Assembly (NCBI GenBank): GCA_002633005.1
Contig: NMRA01000010.1
Span: forward strand, 147,846 to 211,845
Reading direction: 5' to 3'
Length of the DNA stretch: 64,000 bases
Origin: Phoronis australis
Lineage: Eukaryota; Animalia; Phoronida
The position numbers were made by a program, and so were the translations under genes. How positions within the stretch are numbered: the stretch's first letter is position 1; the number at the start of each line of letters is the position of its first letter. The notes under the pieces were generated by a model, which worked only from the letters and a program-made list of their open reading frames with translations, was not told the DNA's origin and did not search any database. Of this stretch, positions 12,000-23,694 are shown piece by piece.

Positions 12000-14701
12000 C
12001 AAGGAGTGTAGTAGAGTAGAAGAGTCCACTCCGCCATTTTGTCATTCGCCGCAATGGTTACCGGTCGAAACACTAGCGCCCCAAGCGGTGAATAATCAAC
12101 ACTTAGTTAGGAGTGCAGTCCGAACAATGTAAACACTGATAAATTCATACTTTACTGACATTCAACGTGCAATAAAATTACTGTGTGATTGAAAATGGTT
12201 AGAATACATAAACTAACGTCCACTTATAATCGACTGAGAACGAAAATGTGTATTTTAATCAAAGTGTATTTGTTTTTATTCTCTTGATGCTCCCTTCAAA
12301 ATCCATCTTGGTTTTGTTTCATGTTTGAATTCTTAACAAGGCAATTATCGTTCCTTATAACAGTTCATACCTCCATGAACTACATAATTTGAATGATTGC
12401 CCCTGGGGGTTCAGAGGGGAATTTCCCCCAGGTGCCAAGTAAGCGGGTACCAGGCAAAAACCAGGTTGGCGCCAAATGGGTGTTCAAGCCCTCCCAGGGA
12501 GGTTACATGGGAGGAGTGCTAAACGGGTAAAAACCAATGGATATGTATGCCATATGGGTGTTGAGCCCCTCCCACCGTCACATATTTTGGTTGCTTCCCT
12601 GACCACTGACAAACATGTTGCTCCCAGCTCACTGCTGGTTTCATCTCCACCCAACAATTTCGCATGTGTTCCCTATTCAATGCACCAAGATACTAGCAAT
12701 GCAAACAATTGTTTTGTGCAGTGGGTGTTACACAAGTAAGAAGAAGAAAGCAAAGCAATTCATCACTACCACAAAATTGTAATATAATTTTAGAACATTC
12801 CATTATTTCTTAGACATGTCAGTATAGGGTAAAATCGATTCCACTCTCCCAATATAATCACCAACAGTTACAAGTCAGTTGCTAATCTGTAGAATAGCTC
12901 ACAACTTACAAAACTTAGTAACATTGAGTATATCATCACTCATAACTAGTCAAAGTTCAAAATGTCATGACAAAAAAATAAGACTCTGAACAGCAATCAA
13001 AATATTCACTATCCACATAACTTCAAATAAAACTGAATTAAAAAGACTTGGATGATTAAAACAAAATTTAATTTTAGTACCCACTGTTCCTATTATCAAT
13101 AACAGTAAATATTTCAGGTAAGTTGAAACCAGACCACAAGATCATATCTGTTACCTAGCCACAACTGGAGCTTAAATTAATCACAATCTTCAAAAAAGTA
13201 CAAAATAGGCAACACATACACCAACCAATACAACAAGAAAATCTGACCAACCCTGTCACTCTCTATTAATTCACTAGCAAACAACAGCACTTTTCGCCAA
13301 AGAAATGTGTAATAAAAAAGCTGAAAACTAATTTACTCACAGAGTTCTTTGTCATCGAGAAGCAAAATGATACGGATAGCTTGGGTTTAACAAAATTTCA
13401 GCCCACCACTCAGACTCTGAATGATCCATCAGTTTCACTTTGGCTCTCTCCAAATCACAGGCTAACCATTCATAAAATGTGTCAATCTGATCAACTTTAG
13501 TAAAATACGAAAACCGGATCTTGACTAATTGTCCTTTCTACACATGATGTTCCAGTACTTGCTTTGTGAGACGATAATCAGAAATGCAAAAAAGCCTATT
13601 CCAGAGCTGTAATATAATTTCCGGATAACTTTTTGACATCTTCATTTTTGGTGGAGTCGGTACATCAAATATTGTTCGGGCATTGCAGTCAATACCAGCT
13701 TGTTCTTCATTCCTGAACATGGACTCCTCGAAGTGATGAGAGCATACATGTAACTTGCAGTTCTTGGACAAGTAGGCTGCATCTCTATTCATAAGGTCGC
13801 CTCCCACCGCTTGCACCTGAACAGAAATCAGTGAGACTCAGGAACAAACCTCATACTCACAAGGTTCACAGAAGACTGGTAGCCTACACTAAACTACACT
13901 ACACGACAGAATTCCTGTCATACTGTGATTGTGATAGAGACACAAGCGTTTTGGTGTCAACTGAAAAAACTAGGACTCAAATGTCGATCCATGGATATTT
14001 CAACAGGGCCGTGCCCCCCGCATCATTGACACATAGAACTAAATTTTCAATGACGCACTACTTAACTTAATTGGTCCAACTAGCACATTGAAATTATGTT
14101 GATTTTTTCACCTTTTCACCGAGACCCACAGATTCTCTAACTTGACTCATGACAGACTTGTGGCCCTGCGTCTGTGATTGTGCCATGGCCGTATCACCAT
14201 GCAGTCATATTACCCATAGCCATGGGCATGGGTATGTTTTCCTAAAATTATCCCTGAGATCGTACGGGTGACATTTTGATTTGGAATTCATGGACTGCAA
14301 GTATCCAAAAAGCTGAAGACCACATCGTACGTTCATCACAGTCCTTCCGCCGGCAGCCCGGTTGTACAGTAGGCCTAGCCTACACTGCAGACAACAGTGG
14401 CAACGGGACTGCGATCGACTTGTCTAACAACCGTGAACAGAACACACAAAATGAAAGACAATGTATCATATTATTGAATAACACATAACCATTACCTTTC
14501 TGGATCCATAGGAAACCTAAAAATGACACGTCTGGGGTTTTCGTGGATGAATTCATGCAATTTATCGCACTGCAAAATGCGTCCTTCCCCATTGTTTTGG
14601 CGCTTCCTGGTTGACAGTTGCTTAGTCACCACTTGGCGGCGCTAGTAGTAGCGGTAACAGCGAACTCACAAGTGAACTCTCCTATACTACTACACTCTTT
14701 G
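12000..14701 (-). mobile_element. Non-autonomous P-superfamily DNA transposon with THAP remnant
   Basis: TIRs CAAGGAGTGTAGTAG.. / ..CTACTACACTCTTTG plus subterminal inverted block ACTAGCGCC(G)CCAAG.GGTGA; exact 7-bp TSD CTAAAGT at 11993-11999 and 14702-14708. Confidence 0.85.
13640..14592 (-). pseudogene. Two-exon THAP zinc-finger N-terminus of the P-type transposase, frameshifted
   Basis: Exon 1 (14592-14496) MGKDAFCSAINCMN..SF(F)RFPMDPER with a 1-bp deletion and GT donor; exon 2 from 13816 CKRW..VCSHHFEESMF..NA(.)PTIFDVP. Confidence 0.8.
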
Positions 14702-14727
14702 CTAAAGTTTTCCTGTTACGCTCACAT

Positions 14728-14841
14728 CATGGGCGGCGCAGTACTGAAATAAGTGCGCACCACCCATACCCATGTGCGGTGCAGCACTAAAATAAGTGGG
14801 GGGCTATAGCCCCCTCAGCCCCCTATGGTGCGCCGCGCATG
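14728..14841. mobile_element. Short MITE with CATGGGCGGCGCA TIR
   Basis: Inverted ends and 5-bp TSD CACAT; related copy at 19448-19572. Confidence 0.75.
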
Positions 14842-15379
14842 CACATCATTGTTAAAAAGACACAAGACGCGACGCAAACCAGTTTCGTCAAACAATATCC
14901 CCGAAAAGTATCATTTTACCAGTAATACCTTTTCAAATTAACAGTATGCAATGTCAAGCATTTTAAGTGTAATTTTTTAATTCAAAGTTGTTGCAAAAAT
15001 GACTTCCACATTGAGCTTCCGGCATTTTTATGATCTTAGAAAAGTTGGTGGTAAAGATAGAAACATGTAATGTTGTAACTTACGAATTTTCTTATTTTAA
15101 TGATATTCGTCGACAGCTGAAACCCATTGGATGCATTTCAATTGATTTCGCTGGTTCAGCCGGAAGTCATGATCGAGAACTTAAATGGCTTATCCGGTTG
15201 ACCCGACGCAAGCGGTAAAATCAATCAGTGAAGCCATTTTATGCTCTTAAAGAATATACTGTATCACGAAATACAACTACAACCTCTTTGATTCCGCTGC
15301 CCATAAGCGTCCCTGGATCAAAGAAAGCGGTAGTGGAAACTTGCGATGCTCTGAAAAACTGTCATTGGTAGATCTCGTA

Positions 15380-15487
15380 CAAATCCTAGACTACTTCCAG
15401 TTTCCAACATTAACTACGCGCGGTCACCTCCAGAAGTTCATTGCTCCCGACAACAGAGTAGACTCTTTCCGGCATAGTTTTTCTGAG
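15380..15487 (+). mobile_element. CR1-type LINE 3' fragment
   Basis: DYFQF..TTRGHLQKF..RVDSFRHSFS resembles the CR1 TRGH..K...R..SF C-terminal motif. Confidence 0.55.
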
Positions 15488-16146
15488 GACATCACTCATT
15501 ACGATGCGAAGATGTCGTGGCCCCATCATTTACCTCTTTCAGAGCAATGGTCTTCAGTAGCAAGTCGTAATTTTATTTAATTTAATCTGTAAATTTTCAT
15601 CATCCAACTTCACTTTCATTTTACATATTTACCAGTTTGCTGTGTATAGCGCGGTGTTTCAGTCAGTACATAACTGGATGAAGAACAAAATGGCGGATTG
15701 GACGGCAAGAAAGGAATGTTGCATTACAGTATAGAATTCAGAGCTTCTATTCCGTACTATTTGTGACCACAAGAAATAGTGTCTCGTAAGCGTCTTGGGT
15801 TTACGGAACGCCACCCAAGACTTGGGAGTAAAATCTTTAACACTTTGTTCTACAATGTCTCTTCTCTAAATGTATTTACGTACAGTTCGTATGAAGACAC
15901 AGGTCGACGTTACCGTGTGTAACACTATGTTAACTTTTTCACCTTCATGTTTAGGCATGGTGAGGGCCTACACATGAATTTGATACATTTAATACAGGTT
16001 GTCTTATAAAACATTATTTTAGATAATGTTATAGTATGTTATTTTTTACTGGTGTGTGTGATTACCAATGCTCCAGCCGCGGTGGAGTAATAATTACCAT
16101 TGCATTGTGTTTTTATGAATTCCTGATGACTACTACTACCAAGCAC

Positions 16147-16290
16147 CAGAGGCGGATCCAGGATTATAAGTGGGGGGGGAGGGCACGGCAGAGTGTTAGC
16201 CAGGATTTTGCACCTCCGAACTGCCAAATGGAGTCTGGGAGAATTTTAGGGGGGGCATGGTCTCCTTGCCCCCCACTAAATCCGGGACTG
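16147..16290. mobile_element. Short CAGNGGCGGAT-type MITE
   Basis: CAGAGGCGGATCCAGG ... AAATCCGGGACTG; 5-bp TSD AGCAC; relatives at 51903-52045 and 62801-62910. Confidence 0.75.
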
Positions 16291-17784
16291 AGCACAGTCA
16301 TGATGAAAGTCAAACGTCTTGACCGACGAAAGCTTTTCATTAACCCAATGTTTGGAGTTATTTAATTATCTCCAAACTTTTGTAAGTTGAACATTATCAT
16401 CGTTTCTTACTTCTTCAAAGAAAATTGAGTGGCGCAGGCAACCTTTATTCCTGACATTTTCAGTAAAAATAAGGTTCGTTAATTATTCCAGACATAGTTT
16501 TCAGTTAATTACAGATTTTTGTAATTTAATTTATTACTCGTCCCTTACTGCGGAAGTGACGTTTAGGTAGTCATGCATTTCGCGCCATTTGTTTTCAAAT
16601 AGTCTGACTCTGTGAGCTGTCGAGTCAGTCATTGTTCTATGTGTTCTACCCCAGTAGTCCAGCCATTCTAAAGCTGCAGAGGGCCCAACCTAGAAAAAAT
16701 TGCAACAGAAGTTTTTTTTTGCATAAATGGCATCTTCAAACACTCCTTGGCGACAGGAAAAAGTCTACCGAAATCGGAGTGGCGGAAATCGGTTTTTCAA
16801 GATGGCGGAAAAATAGCTGCCAAAACCGGTGTTTAGTGCTTTTTGACATGTTACTCTTATGCAACAGCTGGAAATAACACAATAAAGCTTGTCGTTGGTT
16901 ATATACTTTTCATAACTGGCATACCAATCAAAAGATGCCAATTTTCCGTAAAATAAAACCAATATGGCCGACAAAATGGCGGTCGAAACGGCAATTTGGT
17001 ACATGTTGCAAAATTTCTTTTCATATTTTGCCCTGAAAATGGTAAAATTTCTATGCATTTGTTAGACAATCGAAAATATCTGGACCTTACATTTGATCAC
17101 TGATTGGAGAAAAAAAATCAAGATGGCTGACAAAATGACCGCCAACTCACAAATAACTCCAATTTACTGCATGTGCATTCTGCAAACGTCGTTTGTAACC
17201 TGAGAAGCACTTACACAAAAGCATTTTACAATCTACAGTTAGGCTTAATGAGTTGATTCTTTTTAAAGTTTGTTTTTAAGATTTAGGTACTAAATGTGGA
17301 ATTTCAATCACATTTTAGATTATTTAATGTAAAATTTGGTGTTTTTCAGAAAAGGCTTTAGTTAAATTTTCATACGGAATTTCACACACTCAATTATTTT
17401 TCTGTAAAATATATTCATTTGAGGCATTAAAAATAATATATGTTAGAAGAATATGTAATTCTGATGGAGTTATTTGATTATTCAGTACAGAAATCCTGAA
17501 TCACATTGGGAAGGAAGTGGCTTTGCTCTCTGCTATTGGAGATGTTATCAGTTGTTCCCATGCAAAGATTTCGTCTACTACTGATATGAGTGGAGAATCT
17601 GGCAGCTGATTTCACCTGAATTTTATGAAAAATAAATAAATTTGTGTAACAAAAAGTTAATAATTAAATGTTTAGCTTTTATTACTCAAAACTGGTGTAA
17701 TATGCATGCTTTTTATGAACATAGGTAACTGATTTGAGAGCTGAGGAAATTAGTGCTAACAAACCAAACGACAGTGATCTGCAG

Positions 17785-17975
17785 GCACTTGTTCTTAGCC
17801 AGGCTTGGCAGATTTCATACTGAGATGAGCTTTCTGGGATTTATTGGATGCGTAATGTCAGGCAACAGGTTTCAAGTTCTTGAGACAGTGTATGCACCAA
17901 ACAGTGTGATCCATGTGTGGATAGGGCAGTCAGGGGACATATGTTGGTAGACTAAGCACTGAATGCTATCATCAC
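17785..17975 (+). pseudogene. Transposase fragment, probably Academ-type, inside a roughly 2-kb insertion (about 16650-18705)
   Basis: RLGRFHTEMSFLGFIGCVMSG..LETVYAPNSVIH, then in another frame RAVRGHMLVD*ALNAII; motif recognised from invertebrate large transposases; superfamily call is from memory. Confidence 0.6.
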
Positions 17976-19149
17976 AACGAGAGCATTCCATATCCCACTT
18001 CCAAATATTCATGTGGAGAATTTCTGGATTACATTGGTCACAGCTCAGATTCCCTTAGCCCCAGACACCTTTTAGGATGCCTATTCTGCACGCCCTTTGT
18101 ATTGATGTAGATCTGAGCTAATGAAGTGGAAAGGTAATAGCTAGCAATAACTATCTCAACAATGGTTGTTGTTAGTACCCCCAATGTGGCTTTCTCTGAC
18201 ATTTGCAGAATTACAGCCTGCAACTCTGGAGAGTAGTTTTAACTTGATACATTATAAATATTGCAAAATGACTAAAAAGGTTAACTTGTGTTTATCTTCA
18301 CAAGGAGCCACTTCCCAAAGGAACGATATGCTTCATATTGGTTTTCGTTACTTATTTTTTAATGCTTTTGTCCTCTTTTAAACTTGAAGTACCAAAACAA
18401 TGATAGATTTTGATCGCCAGCGAAACTTAATTAGTTAAGTTTATTGTGAGCCCATCCCTAAACTTTTCACTACACTAAACATTTCACGTGTCATTAAAGT
18501 TTAATCTTTATTAGAACTCAAATCATAAAAAAGTGCAAATATGGTGATAACCAGAACTGAAGATTTGGAATCTTTGGACAATTTCGGTGGCACTGACTAT
18601 ATAACTATTTTAGCTCTTTGTCAGTATTAAAAAATGAAAAGTGGGCACAAGTTAAGTACAACTTTTTTGCTGGTCTAAAATCTGACAAAGCAGTGGGGAA
18701 TTACGGAGTGTGTCGTCGTACAGGTATATGCGAAAGAGATATGTACGCTGAATTGATGGAGGACCCTGAAAAACAGCGCCTGAAGAAGGGTGCCATACCA
18801 TCGCTATTGATTCCCGGCAGTACCCTGTCGCCACCCCCGAGAAGTGCATTTTTGAAGCGAGAAGCCTCGCGAGCTGTGGCCACTACATTGACTGGAGGCA
18901 CTTCATCTACTGTCACCCGTGCCTCCAAACGTGCAATTCCGGGAACTAGTAGTGATTCGTCCTGTGCTGATGTCTGTAGCCCAGAGCCTGTAAGCAGCCT
19001 TGCAGCGGTGCTGAGTTTGGGAGTGAATACAGTCCCAGTTCGACACCCAGTGAGGAGGACAGCTCTTTGTCCAGTGAACAGGCTGATGAGCCAAGTCTAT
19101 TGTGGACTTTGCTAAAGTATTGGAGCTATTGAGAAGGTGCCAGGTGTAC

Positions 19150-19618
19150 TTACGTGTGGTGAGGAAGTCACATGGCGGTATGTAAGCGGTTTGGTGCTCA
19201 GGTCACCATCCAGTGGGAACAGCATAGACACTCCATTGAGGTTCTCATAACAGTGCACACCGTGCATTTGCACCAAGTCGTCCCACCACGTCTGTCCTCA
19301 GTGTCTGCCTTATTCCTCTCAACAGCTGCTTGTGCCTGTGCGTACCCTGCCTCATTATACTCGGGCTCAAACATATACCCACCTACTGACTGTCCGCGAA
19401 AAAAGTCCTCGTCACCACTGCTATGAACAATGTCTCCGTCACACACGCATGGGCGGCGCACTATAGGGGCTGAGGGGCTACCACTTTTCTCAGTGCTGCG
19501 CCGCCCACGGTCTATGGGCGGTGCACCACAGGGGGGCTATAGCCCCCTTTTTTCAGTGCTGCGCCGCCTATGTCCCGTCACTACGGTCACTGTGATATGG
19601 GTCGCCGACTCCAGCCAT
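19150..19618 (-). pseudogene. KolX-like / P2X7 C-terminal ballast-like Cys-rich protein fragment (second Kolobok gene)
   Basis: GYMFEPEY...RRGGTTWCKCTVCTVMRTSMECLCC motif; ATG near the right TIR; interrupted by MITE 19448-19572. Confidence 0.75.
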
Positions 19619-22037
19619 TTTCAAACTACACAATCCCAAAATCCAACGTCATTGAGTTCTTTAACAACCTAGCTTGTCTTAGAATACTCGTCGATGGGAA
19701 ATGGTGACGACAATTTTAGAAAAACAGCACGGAAACAACAGTAGTTCAGATCCTCACTGTTATCTCGAAAGCAGCACCAAATTGGCGTGTAATTCTTGAC
19801 TCCCTAAACGTCACTTCCGGAGTAGGGGACGAGTGATTAATTAAATTACTAGAAGCTGTAATTAACTGAAAAATATGTCTGGGATAATCAACGAACCTTA
19901 TATTTTTACTAAAAATGCCATGAAAAAAGGTTGCCTTCGCCTTTAAAGTAGCATTCAATACCAAGCTCAAGAATTGTCTGAAATGCACGTACGTGCGCTG
20001 TATCGTGTGGGTTTTCAAAATGTTAGTTTTCCGTTCGTAGCACCGAAGTCTGATTCAGTTTTACTGCTTATTAACTATTTGTCACATTACTTAGTAATAT
20101 TAAATATTACTAACTAGTGACGTCCTCACTCATGACTAAATATGTTTGACTTCTTGATTAAGCTTATGCAGGACCTTAAGTATAAATCTTTGTATTTAGC
20201 TAAAAAAACTCCGTTATTGTATATCTAAAATATCGTATCATTCTCGTTTTATACACTTTAAATTTTTTTTACGAAAATCATAAACGACTTATTTTTGATA
20301 GCCCCTCATGCAAATGTGGACAATTTTAAAAATAATTTTTAACGGCGTTTTGAAGAACAGCGGTGTCTGAAAGGTTCAAATGAATCCGATCAGCCATTTC
20401 TGAGATAAAAATTTCTAAAATTTGCTAAATTTGGCCATTTTCCGAGGATCCTACATATCCTAAGTCAAGATGTGCGAGCCTGCCAACACCTATTGAAGTT
20501 TCTGTCGTTCCCGACTCGTGTCGCTCACCGAGGAACGCTGGTGAATTACGTAAATGCGATATTCCTAATTCAAATTTTAAATCATTAATACACACACGAA
20601 CATGGTATATGTTAGACTCCATTACTTTACATGCATAAAAGAAGACCAGACTTGGAGAAAATCACATAATAATCGCAACTGTTCTTCCGCAATAGCACAG
20701 CAAATGAAGACTACTAAGTGTAATTTGATATAGCGCGCATCTGTTTTTTAGAAACCCGTGTTTGACTAGGCCTCGTACTCGCGCCATTAATCAAACAAAC
20801 GATTTCAATGACAACAACTCTGCTAAATATCACTCAACGCGTGGAGTACCTGATTTGGTTATTAACTAACCTTGCTTATTGAAACCTTCCAGGTTGGGAT
20901 AATTAACTGTTCGTGTTGCCGTCTGATAAGTACTCGACGATATTAAATACAGGTGGGATCAGGTAAGTCTATTAACATCACCTGATGGCAATTTCATTTC
21001 CATAAACTGTGCAGCATTTTACTGTCATGAGTATCGGAGTACTTTTTTGCTGTGAAATGAAAGATGTGTTCTTTTTTACAGAGAAACAAAACGGTTGTGC
21101 TCAGCCTTTGTTCGTAACAGTAGCTTTCCGTTCGGCACAGACTACACTGCGTTATGCAGTCTCAGTTTTATTCAAAGATACTGGTTATTAACTTTATAAT
21201 GCTATTTAAGAAAGTTTACCGGCTGTTGTATGATTTTTGCATGGGCCATTGATTTCTGTGGTTGATTAATTTTTGTAACCTACTTTACACGAGGATTTAG
21301 AAGTCACTGATGGAGGTAACCTGTCCAGTATAAACTAGGTTCTAACGAGTTTTTGTTGAAAAAAAAGATCACCTCGACATTGACACCCACGAGAACGCAT
21401 TTCTGAAAACTTTTTAGCAGTGGCTGTAATTTACTAAGTAATGTTTTTAGAAAGTCGCAATTTATTTTTTTTGTCTATTATCGGACTTATGCTTTGTTAT
21501 AATCTGGTTCAAACCTTTCAATAGGTTTCCCTAGACAGGTCTTTGAGAAATTCCCAAGGGGTGAATTTTGCGTGGGGTATTGCAATTACCGCTCCATGTT
21601 CCCACTAAACTACAGTACTTAATATGGGATTTTGGAAAAAAATGGTTCTTTGTCGCGGCCAAGCCAATTTAGCTAGTTAATAGCTAGCTTGTCTCATACT
21701 TGTCCAAATGCTTAACGGACTGAGACAATCGGCTTCGAAATCTGCACATCAAGAAAAACACAGGAAAACACTAAAACGTGTAGTTAATCCCCTTTTAATA
21801 AAGCTGTTTCAAATGCCATGTCAAAAAAATTAAGCTACAAGTGATTTGGTGAATCTCCGCGTATAACCATTTCCAAGAACATGTCACTGTCATCGCAGAC
21901 ATGAAACTGAAGTCGAAACAATTGGATTTCAACTATGGACACATGTTTTGTCTTGTCAAGTGTTAACTTCAATTTTGAGCCATTATCAAAACATTTCGTG
22001 AGACGTGTTAATTGCTCTTGTTAGGTTGTTCTCAACA

Positions 22038-22661
22038 ATGCCTGCGCGACATCCAAGGGAACATTTCCTTCACAAGCCCGTGTTGATCATCGCTGTGCTG
22101 CAGATAATATCGTCAGGCATTTTCTTCGTGCTTCTCATCATCGACTCGAGATATCATGTGGACACTCAGCACAAAGAATCGTTCTTTTACGTTTGGGGAA
22201 ATCTGTTCACATTTGCTCCGGGAATCAGCGGTATTCTCGCTTGGTACTTTAAATCACGTTTGGCGGCAGGGTTTCACGTGGTTTCCGCCGTGCTAGGAAT
22301 TGTGGCGGGAAGTTTGTCTATCACGTTTGAGGCTCCATACATTTTTGGTGCGCCTGACGTGTTTGCTGTGACTTTGTCTCTGATTGCGATTGTTATAATG
22401 GGACTGTCTTTGGCAGCAATTATAATTTGCTGCAAATTTCTTTGTTGCTCAACACGAAACAATGATACAGTGGATTCTATTGAGGAAAACTCATTTTGCA
22501 GGTGTTGTGCTTGTTGTCGCTATCGATTGAATGAACCCAAGTCCGGGGTTTTAAAAGCTCAAGAGACATCTGGTGGAGTATTATACACGTTTCAAGAACA
22601 ACCTAAGCTTGCAATTTTTGTGCCTGAAAGTGAAAACAAATGCAAGACCGAAATTGCGTGA
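22038..22661 (+). CDS. Four-transmembrane MS4A/CD20-like membrane protein, 207 aa, single coding exon
   Basis: Intact ORF from ATG 22038 after splice acceptor TTGTTAG (22024); four hydrophobic segments; LQI in TM1, VWG..F..GISG in TM2, Cys-rich juxtamembrane tail. Confidence 0.75.
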   Translation: MPARHPREHFLHKPVLIIAVLQIISSGIFFVLLIIDSRYHVDTQHKESFFYVWGNLFTFAPGISGILAWYFKSRLAAGFHVVSAVLGIVAGSLSITFEAPYIFGAPDVFAVTLSLIAIVIMGLSLAAIIICCKFLCCSTRNNDTVDSIEENSFCRCCACCRYRLNEPKSGVLKAQETSGGVLYTFQEQPKLAIFVPESENKCKTEIA

Positions 22662-23694
22662 ATATCTGCTCTGTTGCTGCAAAGATAAATGGCAGCAGCT
22701 GATTCAATTGACTTTCCAGCTGTCGAATGTATGTGCTCTAGTAATTGTTCTTAAGCATACGGCACATAAGTTTCCATGAGCAGCATGTGAACGCTTCATC
22801 TGCATGGGCATTATGGTGACATGTTTCCGAATGCTCTAAGGCCTCTGTACGTGGAATGATTAGTGGTAATGAAAAAGCGCCAAAACATTGTGAAGCGCCA
22901 AAAGGTTTTCACACCTTTCTGCGCGTTGAAATCTTCTTAGTTAACGCGAACTTTAGATAAATCAACGCGTAGTATTGCTTAATTAACGCGCTGGGTTAGT
23001 TATTCGTTATGTTCATTCAAATAATGTTTACAATCATTGAGTACCGCCGTGAGGAGGGCACACAGACGAAACATGGTCGAGTTGGGGTACAACTTGGGAT
23101 TTAAGAGCTAATGCTCGTTGAATAACTAATACTACACATTGAATATTAAAGCAAAACTGTACATCAAATAAGTACATTTCAACGCGCAGGAAGGCCAGCA
23201 CTCGTTTAATAAAATATGCACGAGTCCACGGTTACGTCCACCCTCTTGAATGTTTAATTTAAGTTAACAAACAGATTCACGAGCGTTTCGAATGTAGCTG
23301 AACGAGAGAGTAAGACCTGTTAAAATCATTTCTTTTTGCGAGAGACATTGATTATAGTTTTAAAAAGTTACAAAATGCCATTCTCAAAATCCGCTGGATG
23401 CTCACGTGTTTCATCTCCTTTTTGTGAGAACTAGGTATGTTCACTTTTGAAGCGCATTCCAATAAAAACCCGGCAAGTTGCAAGGTCAGTCTTAGTTTCA
23501 CAAAGTTCACCCCAGAGCCAGTATTTAAACTGTTGCTTTGCCGTCGATTGAAGAAAAATAAGCCTTACTTCTATTGAAGCCCTTTACCTTACAATCCCTA
23601 ATCTATACTATCACCGATCACCCTCCGGCCTCGGTTGACCAGAAGTCTCGATTCAAACAACCCCACAGTAACTGGCGCAGTCAGAACAATTTAA

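Larger units (their letters stand above)
16430..19942 (+). mobile_element. Kolobok DNA transposon deletion derivative (copy 1), interrupted by nested insertions
   Basis: About 150-bp imperfect TIRs (GGCGCAGGCAACC.. / ..GGTTGCCTTCGCCT) with TTAA at the right end; THAP C-terminal half at about 18705-18810; convergent Cys-rich gene on - strand; homologous to 23695-24908. Confidence 0.8.

Noticed and set aside
22900-23215. Possible Crypton-like relic (CAACGCG and CTCGTTGAATAA motifs)
   Set aside because: Only short motif resemblance; no recombinase remnant or definable ends
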